Of a stretch of 64,000 nucleotides of DNA, positions 26,201-38,200 are shown piece after piece. Below the pieces are notes generated by a model. It did not search any database, was not told the DNA's origin, and saw only the letters and a list, made by a program, of their open reading frames with translations. Source of the stretch: Sphyrna mokarran. Taxonomy: Eukaryota. Position 1 is the first letter of the stretch, and the number at the start of each line of letters is the position of its first letter. The stretch covers positions 58,838,001-58,902,000 of the forward strand of contig JAGIQG010000009.1 of NCBI GenBank assembly GCA_024679065.1, read 5' to 3'. The position numbers were made by a program, and so were the translations under genes.

Positions 26201-29200
26201 GTAGTTCTGCAACGATAACCAAGGATCAGACTACCATTACGAGAAGGAAAGCAGAGATGGGGATGGAAGGGAAGAAAAACAGAACGTTAATTGCTAAGTT
26301 ATCATGCAGGTCTCAGAATTTGAGCTAAAAAGAAAACAAGTTGAAATCAACAAATTCATGTTCTGCTTCAAAGTTTATTTTTGGGCAGGTTCAGACCCAA
26401 GTAGAGTTTGCAAACCGATGGAGAATTTTGTTTCCATCGTCTCACTAATCCCCACCAACTCAGACCTCGGCGGCAGTGAAGATTTTGCTCAATCATACAC
26501 CCAATAAATTCAATTAGTGCAGTCATTTTCCTTTATTTTCCATTTGTTTAATGACTTTCCTCTTCCAGATTATAAAACTGATCAGGTATGAAAGGGTTAA
26601 CTTGGTGTAAGAATCAACTAACTTTATACTGGGTATGCCTATTTGCTACAAAAAAAATTTTCTAAATATATAATTTCTACTAAATGTTCACTGCTATCAC
26701 CCGAATAGTAAAAAAGCAGTTTTGTGGTAATACACGATTCCCTTTATTCAGGAACTGAACTGGCATTTTCACAATTAAGAATGTATAAAAAAAATTCTGA
26801 GAACATTTTTAGCTATCACTTCTGCTTAATAATTTGCATAATTGGACTTCTGAAAACACAATGTTCCAAAGGCACTTTACTGAGTAATAAGAGAAACCGA
26901 ACACCAACCCCCAAGGGACAGCACTGAGGTGTGATTCGGGTTTGAATGCAAAGATGGAGTTTGAACTTGAGAAAAATGGAGAGGCTTGAATTAGAGGCCG
27001 GAGCTTCTGAGAAATAGCAATCACCACTGGATTGCTGCTCTGCAACCCTGTTCCACATTCTGACCAGGTCTTCAGAGCCTTGCTACTTCAGAAATGCAGA
27101 GCAATCTTTCACCGAACTGCTCCCTCATAGTGCTGGATCTTTCCAGATCAAGCCACTACTACCGCAAAGGACTAACACTAACATTGTGAAAAGCTTTGGG
27201 AAATCTAACCAACTTTTTCAATGTGATAGTGACTGGTTGAACTTATAGATGGGCAGAGTAGCAGCTGGGAGGGGTACACAGGTTGTGGCGGGGGGGTGGT
27301 GGTAGTCTGTGGCCAGGGGAGGATTCATGTGGTGCAGTTTAAGCACTAGGCAAGTTGGGATTGAATGATGGGAATAGGAAGAGAGTAGTCAGAGGTGCCA
27401 GTTTTAAGGTCACCCAAAGATTTTTCTGTCTAACATTTCCTGGGTTGCGATCAAGATAAATAAGTTGGAATGGTCTGCGGGGAGTCAGAGATTTGGGTTG
27501 GAAGGTCCCAAGCAACAGATGAATTGCCCATTGGAAATTCAAACCTCCAGACCAATTCCCATGGAATCAGTGCATTGGGACATCTACATGGTCCAAAGCA
27601 TATCCTAGAATTCCATCTGGTCTTTAATAATCTGGAAATCAGATCTAGACCAGGGATTCAGCATGTTAGGTTTAAGTTGCTGAAAGATTTCTTACTAGCC
27701 ATGGGATAGGAATGATCAGTGTACAGAGGTCCAGAGTGACAATACTGAAGAAATGGGAGTGGGGAGCTGTAGAGGTAGGGTGGAGGGCATAGAAACATGC
27801 AATGAGGAGGTTATCAAAAGACAGAGACCAAGTGCCAACAGAAGCTTGAAAAGACAGGATTGATACAAGAATGGGCTTGTTCATCATAGGAAGCAATATT
27901 TTGGATACTGGAATTTAAGGAAGCAAAGGCAAAAGGAAGACAGTCAGCCAATATGATGCAACATACAGCAATGAGGTAATCAGATAATCTGCTTTGATAA
28001 CTTGAGTCAAGGGATGAGTATTATCAAGAAAATTCTCCAGCTCTCCAAGACAGCAAGATGGTTAGCACTGCTGCCTCACAGCATCAGTGAGGGGACCCGG
28101 ATTCCATTCCCGCCTTGGGACACCGTCTGTGTGAAGTTTGCACTTTCTCTCCTTGTCTGCATGGGTTTTCTCCGGATGTTCCAATTTCCTCCCACAGTCC
28201 AAAAGGGTGCAGATTAGGTTGATTGGCCGTGCTAAATTGACCCCAATGTCGGGGAAAATTAGCAGGATAAATGTGGGTTATGGGAATAAGGCTTGGTTGG
28301 GATTATGGTCAGTACAGACTATATGGGCAAAATGGTCACCTTCTGTACTTTATGGATTCTATGGTGACGTCATGTTGCAACTGTACAAAACTCTAGTGCG
28401 GCCGCACTTGGAGTATTGTGTGCAGTTCTCGTCCCCACATTATAAGAAAGATGTGGAGGCATTGGAGAGGGTACAGAGGAGGTTTACCAGGATGTTGCCT
28501 GGTATGGAGGGCAGGTCTTATGAAGAGAGGCTGAGGGATTTGAGGTTGTTTTCGTTAGAAAGGAGGCGGCTAAGAGGGGACCTTATTGAAACATATAAGA
28601 TGATTAGAGGTTTAGATAGGGTGGACAGTGATAGCCTTTTTCCTAGGATGGAAAAAGCTAGCACGAGGGGACACAGCTTTAAATTAAGGGGTGATAGTTA
28701 TAGGACGGATATCAGAGGTAGGTTCTTTACCCAAAGGGTGGTTAGGGAGTGGAATGCCCTGCCTGCAGCAGTTGTAGATGCGCCAAGTTTGGTGGCGTTT
28801 AAGAGGTTAGTTGATAAGTATATGGAAGAGAAGGGAATGGTTTAGTTTGGAGGGTCATTGCTTTTTATATTGGTCGGCGCAACATCGAAGGCCGAAGGGC
28901 CTGTTCTGTGCTGTAATGTTCTATGTTCTATGTTCTATAGCAACTTTGCAAGGCCATCTGAAATTCTTCAGTTTAACATGTCATTAAAAATAGCATCTCT
29001 AACAATGCAGCACTTCCTCAGGTTGGCATTGTCAGGATAAGCATAGATCATGTGCTCAACTTTCTGGAATGGGAATAGAAACCATCACTTTCCAACTCAA
29101 GCAAATACAATGCGCCAACACTGACAGGGAAATGTTCATTCTGGCTGTTATTTGCTCCTTTCTTAGATTAGATGTACTGCGAACAACTGTTGTCACATCT

Positions 29201-32200
29201 CAACTTCAGGTCAGCATTTAAATAATCCGACTGACCTACACAATCTAAATGCTCAAATTGCAAAACTTATCATGGAAATAGAGAAATCGGAAGATAGGAA
29301 AAGGTTAATCAAACATGCCTACTGATGGATATCAAAAATTAAAGAAGAATGTTACAGCACAAGAAAGTTCAAAGACAATAGCTGAAAAGCTCCAGCCCTT
29401 GTACTGCCTACCTGCTGTCCCATTGGGCCCATTCCTCGTGGAGGAGGATTCATTCTCTGCATTGGTCCACCCATACCAGGGTGCCCTGTCGAGGGGAGAA
29501 GAAAGTCACATTACATGCACAGCACAGACGTATTTCTAAAACCTAGGTGGCACTGTGAGCACGTCTCACCTTGCTGTCGTGTGGGATCCAACGTGTTGGG
29601 TAGCAATGGCTGTGCACCTGGAACACCACCTGGGGGCTGAAAACAATTACAGCATTAGTATGCAGCATCCAGTTTCAGAACAACTGTCAGTACTCGAGTT
29701 CAAAACGAGAGATACTTTGGGTGTTGGCAGAAAAGGAGACGGGAGAAAATTGAGCAAGAAGGGAGCAAAGTGAGAGTGATTAATGGAAATAAACCAGGTA
29801 GAAAGAAAAATCGACACTAAAGGATCCCACTCCCAACTCAATACTCGCGGATATGTACACTTCCAGCAATCAACAATTTTCCACAAATGCATGCCTTCAA
29901 TTTGGAAATATAAAACTCAATAAATATTGTATAGAAAGCCGAATAATAAAACATGATGAAACAAAATAAATAACTGCTCAAGTAATTAAGTTACTCCATC
30001 CACCCCCGTTCTAATGTTTTCCCCTCTTCTGCTGATGGCTGTGTTTCTTTCCAGGCTACGGAGTCATAAGATGCTTGCAACTCCTCACCAATTTTCCCAA
30101 ATCACTTGAGTGTTAGTTGGCTGGTCGAACTGTTGGGAGAATCACAAATGAACCTAATCCCAATCTTGTCATTTTCAGGTAAATAATCAGGCATGGTCTA
30201 CAGGGCTCAACGCGGCACTGAACTATCTGAATAGCTATGCTTCTTTCTTTTGTGTACTTTGTCAGAACTTAGTTCCACTAGAGAAGAACATACAAACAAA
30301 AACAAGTTCTTGACAAATGAACAAAGTTTGGTCTTGGGTTTTAAAAGAAAAATGAAATGGCCCGGTATCAGAGATATTATTCAGAAATTATATTTCGTTA
30401 ATCAAGTTAACACACAAGTCGTTTGTTGGATTAATGGGAGATTTGTGTCCGATTCACTGTCAGAGAAATTCCCCACACCCACCAAAAAAAAATGATTCCA
30501 AACCATCACAAATCCAAACAAACTGGATAAAGATTAGAAAATGTGGCTAAAACAATTATTTTGGCAGCTTAACAAATAGTGCATTGTTGCAGAATCATGA
30601 GCTCAGCAACAATTCTGGCTGGGTGCACCTTGTAGTTAATGCTTAAAAATATCCTGTGCTGCGCAACTAGAATTTTCTCCAAATTTGAGGGCAAAAAAAT
30701 AGACTTGCATGTTAACCACTGAAAATGTCTTAATCAATTAGCTGTACACAGGTACGCCATATAAACCCCACATATTTCACTGCACTTAGGTGCATAGGTC
30801 AGTCAGCATTTCAGTTGCTGCTGCCCTGTTACTCAGTGTGTACATCAGTCACTGAAACACGCTTGCTTGGGTGCAGTGCAGCATAGCACAGCACAACAAG
30901 GTCACTTTCCTAACAGACTTATGGAAGAGCCTGGAGCCACTTAAGGTTCACCTTAGCTTCATTTATGGTTCTCAGTGGGCTTTCTGCTTCTGCACCTCTA
31001 TTCATGGCCAAACTAGTTATGGAATAGCAGACTGAACAAAAATTCAACATTGTCCCCTCTTCACTTGCTCTGAGTGGACTACTCCACCTTCTGAAAAAAA
31101 TAAAGTTCTACTAAAATTAAACTTGGGCAACATTCAACCTGACTTCAAGTGACTTGGCAGCTGCCCTCTCTGATCTGATTGTAATAGATGTGTATCTTTC
31201 AAAAGACCCTATTTTTATATTCCACCTATCCATAGTACACAACTCCAGAATAACCCTCAAATAAAATATTCACGAACACACTGTTTCTGGAGATACAGCC
31301 AAGTGAACATTGCAATACCAATGCAACAACTGAACTAATAGCAAATCCTTCTAGCAGTTTTGAATACTTTAGAGCAGCAGAAATCCCTAATAGAATCCAA
31401 TTTACCCCATGAAGAAAGGAAAGTGAAAGTTTGAAATGCAGCACCAGAAGTTATTTAATCCTGCCCAGCAGGAAAGGGGGGGTCTCTTGAGATGATACTC
31501 TAGCCATCAGCTGACTTAAGAAATAACGAACAAGTTTTGTGCGATATAGGGAAATGGATGCAGCATTTCATCAAGTCTTGGGTCACAGAGCTTTAGAGCA
31601 CAGAAAGAGGCCCTTTGGCCCACTGTATAATAATGGATATTGGGAGCAGGAACAGATCACAGTTTACACTCTGGAAATAAAACTGCTGACTGACATTTTG
31701 AAGAAACTCTCAAGTTAAAAGAATGATGGGAAAAGTGAAAAGCACCATCTTTATTGATTAGTTTCTTTATTAAAAAGTTGTATAGCATAGATAAACTCAT
31801 TTAAAATCAATTTGGGAAGCTTTCATTTCAGTTGCCAGTGAAATTAAACTCTTCCTTCTTATTGATGAAAACTTCCATTTAAGAAGTGTTGGGGAAGGGA
31901 AAAGGTGATGGAAGAGGAGGATGAGGAAACTAACTGATTAAAGAGATAACATACCAAACAGCTCTTGTAGTGATGTTGAGATCACTTTTGGAAGTGTACC
32001 GATTTCCTGTTCCTGCACACTCAGGAGCTACTGAACAGTGGAGGGGGTTAGGATCAGACTGAGCTGCGGTGCTATCACTTGCACTTGCGGTCCTAACTAA
32101 CAATTGAAAAAATGGTCATTTGAAGGAATACCAGAGGATTGTTAATGGTCCTAGAAAAATGTCTCTCACGAGTCACCTAAGGAGCATTTGGAAGACATGG

Positions 32201-35200
32201 GGAGGCAGACAATCTAAACACTTAGGTGCTACAATGTTGTGCTTTAATTGAAGGAATAGAATGGCAAGCCACAAATAACTATACACAGTCTTTTAAATCC
32301 AAGGTGTACCTTGATGCCCAAATCATTAATGCCCAGTTTAGGTACCATGGGTTTTTCAAATAAAACTGTGCAACCAGAGCAAAGATGCTCTTATTAACAT
32401 TGTCAAATCTTAACAAAATCAATATACCGTGCAAGTAACTAAGGAGGCTTTCAGCTGGAATTCCCACAGGTTATACTGCTGCAGCAATAGGGTACTATAC
32501 ATTTCAACATATTTTTACTGCAAGCAATATTCCTGTGTAATTCTTCAGATAAAATCGCTACTTTGACAGCTTGCATCAGTATTTGAAATTCAGAAGGGGA
32601 ACCAGTGATACTGATGCCAAACTTCATACAAGCATGCAAAGAAAGCAGCTCCATTTCTTTACATATCCAACATTCAAACCAAATGAGGTTACAGCACAAT
32701 ATTTGCGCAAGAAGTGCACTGAGCACAACATGGGTCACGCACATAAAACCATTCTGAATTAACAAAAGTAGTACATCTGGATATTAAATAATTAAAAAGT
32801 TAGGGATGGGGAGCACCAAAAGAAGTTTAGGGATCCATGTACACAGGTCTCTAAAATGCAGTTGTCAGGCAAAAGCAGCAATCAGAAGTAGTTAATGGAA
32901 TGTTAGTCTTTAAAAGCAGAGGATTAGAATATTAATAGAATAAACTTCTCTGCAGTAGAACAAAGCCCTGGTTAGTCCACATCTCAAAGTACTTTGCATA
33001 GTTCTGCGTGATGCATTTTAGAGGCCATATAGCTGCCTTGGCAGGAGTATAACAGGGATTTACCAAATCATCACCAGAATTCCAAGGGTTAGGATTTTAG
33101 GAAAGAATATGTTAACTTGTATTCGTTGGCAAGTAGATGGTTATGGGATAATTTGATTGAAGTGTTTAGTATTTTAAAAGATATTGTAAGGGTAGGTAGG
33201 GAGAAACTTTTCCACTAGCAGAGAGAATTTAGAATAAGGACATATACCCTGAAAGTCAGCCAGACCATTTGGCAGAGAAGCTAAGGAATACTTCTTCTTG
33301 CAAAGGGTGGGAGTAAAGAGCAGTCTAAAAAAGTGAATGCTCTCAGTTATGATGGTAGTTTAAGAAATTCTTTAAAATCTGATGGTTAGATTGTTGTTAG
33401 ACAAGGTACAAAGTACAGAGTCATGGTCTCATTAAATGGCAAAACAGACTAGAGGGCATGAATAGCCTAGTCCTTTCCGATATTTCTAACACTCACTCAG
33501 TAGTAAACAGCTTTGGCAAGCCAGTTAATTAAATACAGTTACAAGATGGGAACATTGAGTGGGTACAGTACCTGGCTTCCCATTCTGATGGGGGGCCTTG
33601 GACCTCCTGCGTATCGTGGTGACATAAAAGGCTGCAATCACACAGAATTAGTTAAATCTACAATCAACTAAAATCCTAGTAGTTTAATCTGTATAGTGGA
33701 AAACCTGTAAACTCAAGCAACATTTGTAAAACATATGACCAAAGCCAAAGCAAGTGATTTGGTGCTGGGTGATACATTATACCAAATGCTTTGAATTCCT
33801 GCACTTGCTGTGGGGACAACACAATTTGCTATCCAACTATTGTGATTTTGAACAAAAAGTCCTGAAGGAAATCGAAACAGAAGTTTTGACTGATATATCA
33901 CTGCTGGCAATAAATCACTTGCCTGAGCCAATACTTGTGCTCTGGACCTGCACCAAATTGATGAGGACTTCGAAATGACATAAAAAGGAAAAGCGTAACT
34001 CACTTCTTAAATAATATGCTATCGTTCTAAAAACTCAATTTCCCTCCAAATGCCCCCAATGAACAGCACTACAGTAAATAAAGTTAAACAAAGATTAGAT
34101 ACTATATGCTGAAACTCAATTTTCCTGATCGCCCAAAAAAAAAAAAAGAGCTTTGTAGCTTTAAAATTGAATTTTGATTCACAGAGTAGAAAACTGATTG
34201 GGATAATTAAGCTACATATCCTACTCGTCAGTGGTGATTGATATAGTAGAATGGTGGCTTTGAGCAAAATAAGGAACCTGCCCACTGCCCAGGACACCTT
34301 CACGAGCCAGTTATGTCAGAATTATACTTTAGGAACTAGACTCAACTCAAAGTTGCAAAGGAAAATGGATCAATGTAACTCAATCTCTGTTCAGTTACAA
34401 AGGACTTGTTTCATATTACAAACTTAGAATGGAAACTAAACAAATTTACAAACTAATTTTCTGACGTCTACATTTATAGATACTATTTCAATATAGGTGA
34501 AGCTGCAATAAAATTTAAACTAAAGCAAAATACTGCAAATGTTGGAAATCTGAAGTCTTTTTTTTAAAAAGAAAAATCAGTTAAAAAATAAATTCTCAGG
34601 TCACTTGTGAAATATATGTAACATTCACAAAAGAGGTAAATCTCAACATAAATGCCAATTTTTGTGAGAAATACTCTTTTTGGAAACAGAGCCAAATTGA
34701 GAAAGGGAAATTTGTAAAAATTGCCGTCTTCTCTTGGGCACCTTTTCCTGACAGGATTGGAAAAGCTAAAGAACAAGGGAGCTAAGAGGGCAGCAACAAG
34801 AAAATCAATACGAAAAAAAGTCATCCATATTTCTTGCCGGAATAAAGTGACCATGTTTAGTCATGACCACTAATAGTTTCTTAAAACATTATGATTTTTA
34901 GCATAATAAATTTGAATTTATATACATATTCATCTTTAGGTCCATCAGGAGTACTAATGGTTTCTCATTTGACTTGTATTGAATCCTTGCATTGAAACAC
35001 AAGTTAAAAATACACAACTTTCCAGGCAATGAGCTCAATATAATGGATGCTGTGGCTGAGGAACTCAACTGATTAAGAGTTTGATAACAACAATGTGATG
35101 GTATTCCTGCAAGGCGACAATTAATAGGGATTGTACATTTTATATGGACACACAGATATACACACAGACACATACACACACCAAGCTGTCGACACTTCAC

Positions 35201-38200
35201 ATACATTTTTGGAACACGGTTGCAAATCAAAATATTGGCCCGGTATCAAGGCAGTGATCTGCTCACTAGGCTGAATACATATAAAAGCATTTATAATCAG
35301 AGATGGAAAAATTACAGAAAGGCAAATCTGGTTATCCCAGGAGTGAACCTTCCTAACTCCTCTAGATCCTTTACTTTTGACCATCAGGCAAAATTGAAAT
35401 AGCAAAAAGACTCTAAATAAAAACAGAAGTAATTGGACTTTCCATCTGGAGTTGCATATGTTCCTACTATGCTGAGTCAAACTAATAGACATGCAACTTT
35501 AAGATGAGGGTTTCACTCTGCCCAATGGCTCAATGGATAAATGCACCATAAAGGATGATACTGAACCCTGTAGACCAAGAAGTCCAAGGTTGAGATTATG
35601 GACTGTGCCAAATTAGCCTAGCTCAGTTAAGACAAAGCATTAGTTCTACTCTTGAAAAGGGGTTCCTAAGGTGGGAATGGGAGAAAAACATGGTGTAGGA
35701 TGGGTCAGAATGGGAGATTAGAAGAAAAAAAAATTGGCCTGGCTTCCTGCTTCTGTTCACTAGCCTTTGGTTCTAGTGGACAAGAATGTGCATGTGTGTG
35801 GATGGCAGGTCAGAACTGGACTTGGTTATCATGCCTTCTAGGGCAAACAATCTCCTCAGATTCAATAAGAATCAGAATGGCCATTTAAGCACATTATGAA
35901 CAGGTAGCCAACATAACGGAACCTCACCCCGCATGCCTTTAGCAGAGGGCATGGGAGCTGTGGGAAGAAAACCTGAATGTTACAAAAAAAAATGCATGAC
36001 CTGTGAGTTGACAGAAGCACAAACAAAATCCATTTAGGATTCTTTTAAATTAAATGGAAGTTTCACTTCTGAGGACAACCTGATCAAGAGTCTAGCATAC
36101 AAGACAACAGCAAGCAAAGTCAAATCATTAGTCAAATGTAGAAACTTTTGCCCCTTCTGAATTAAAGATCCCAAGCAATTGCACCAGCTCATTACCTGAT
36201 TGTGGGGTCCCATCATGTTGTTAGGATTGTGAGGAGGCGGCTGTGTATGTGGCGAGGGCTGAGAACCTGGGGGTCCCTGCGAGAGGTTAGAGAGCAGAGG
36301 AGGGGGGGTTACAGCGTCAGTGCATCAAGTTGCAGGCTGCTCAGAAAACTGCGGAGCCACTCAAAAAAAGAGATTCTTTTTAAGAAGTATAACAGCTGTT
36401 GCAGACCTGCCATGTTTGTGCTTTCAACAAGTGTTAGTCTCTAGGCTGCTGCCAGCGACAATGTAGTTTGTTACCACGAGCAATTTTCTTAATTAACAGA
36501 CATTAATTAGCCATTTAGCATTTCTGCAAAGCAGCTTTACCAAACATGAGTACCACTGTGATAAATAGTACTGATTAGAGGATGCCCTAATTAACAGCAA
36601 CGAGCAAGAGAGAAAATGAAATTACGCAAATTAAAAGGGAGTGGAAGTTAATGAAGCTGGAATGCATTTGCACCTGTAGTTCTTTTGTGTTGGTGAGAAC
36701 GGAACACACTACAGAATTTACATCTCATCATTTCATTAGAAGATTCATGGTGAAACACAGTAAATAAAGCTTTTGGACCAATTAGTTTGAGACTGAGCCA
36801 ACCACTTCCATTTCTAGACTTACAAGAAGCAATTTCCTAATAAGTCACTGTACTCACTGGCAATTCTACAATTCTAAAAATTCTGGGATCTTCAACTTGG
36901 TAAAATGTAAGGGAAAAAAATGATAATCTTTCTCAGAGAATACACTTCACCTTGTCAACTAAACCCAGTTTGCTTTCAGCTTGTGCATAATCAAAATTAA
37001 ACATGTTCCACCACATTCTTTTTAAGAGCAGATTTAATTCTGGAAGGTCAACTAATTTAAATTGGAGGGTGAAAAGTCAAACTGAGAAAATGGGAGCAGT
37101 CACTGGATTGCAGGCTTCCATCACTTTCAACAATCACATTAAAACTGTACCGCTTCAAGTTATGTTAGTCAGGAGTACTCTGATAATTAGCTGCCCACAG
37201 GAAACATTTTTTTCTTATCTCTCCTGGAGGTACAGACTTCTCTTGGGACACAATTCCATGAAGCAGCAAGAGCACCTCTCATAAACCTGACATAGTATTC
37301 AACCTCAGAGCTGGACAGAAAAACCCAGCGCTGTCCTGTGCACATTTTCCAACAAGAGTTCCTGTACAACAACTGGAAGCATAAGCCTGATTTTTGACCC
37401 TTTATCAAAACCAGTGTTGCTATTCTAACATTACAACTACCAGAGTTCAACTGAGCCAGCTGAGACCTGGACTAGAAGCTGGTATTTTCCTGAACTGTAT
37501 GCCTCAACCTCACTAACATGAGAGTTGGTGCATTTACTCACTGAGCCATTTGAGGAATTGATTGTTACTTTGAATAAACAATCTCACCTATCCCAGTGTA
37601 ATGGGAGGATGCCCACTCTTTGAATGGACAGAAGGTGGAGAAGAATTTCCACAAAATAGGAGCTGGTGACGTGAATTGAAGACTCAAAATAGAAATCCAA
37701 TGTAAAAAGTTGATTATATTAATCTAAGTCATCATTTCACCAGGACAGAAACGTTTGAACTGTTAAAGAAAAAACACCATATTTTACATGAAACGTATTC
37801 CACTTCAAAGCTCAAACAGAATACTTTTGTTCCTTACACTTCTCAAAACATTTAGATTACAAATAAATCTCCCTTGTCAACAGAATCTCTATTTATGCTC
37901 CCAGACAACGTACTATTGTAAGGGTTAATAGTCTAGCTGCTCTGATAAACTTAAAGCTTTCTTCAAGAACTATTGTAACAATAATGCATCTTCTGCCAAC
38001 ACTTAAGGAATTGTTAAAACAGTCAAAATCGAAAACCTTGCAAAGCCTCCCAATTGGCAGCAATTTCTGAAAAGTGAATCAAGACCTCACGGTTACTGCA
38101 ACCTCTTGCACTAATGCTTCTGACAGATACTTTTCTGGAAAATGTAATTGCAGATGCAGCATCGATGTAAACACTTCAACAAATATCACATCCTCCAGCC

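Larger units (their letters stand above)
27960..29120 (-). mobile_element. Deu-domain SINE split by nested HE1 SINE and CR1 insertions (pieces about 27960-28047 and 28939-29120)
   Basis: Left piece cagataatctg...agggatgagtatt..tctccagctct; right piece gtttaacatgtcat..gcagcacttcctcag..tagatcatgtgctcaa continues the same element. Confidence 0.6.

Noticed and set aside
28138-28845. 235-aa ORF, the longest in the window
   Set aside because: Chance fusion of SINE sequence (TTG start) with a truncated CR1 ORF2 C-terminus; not a host gene.
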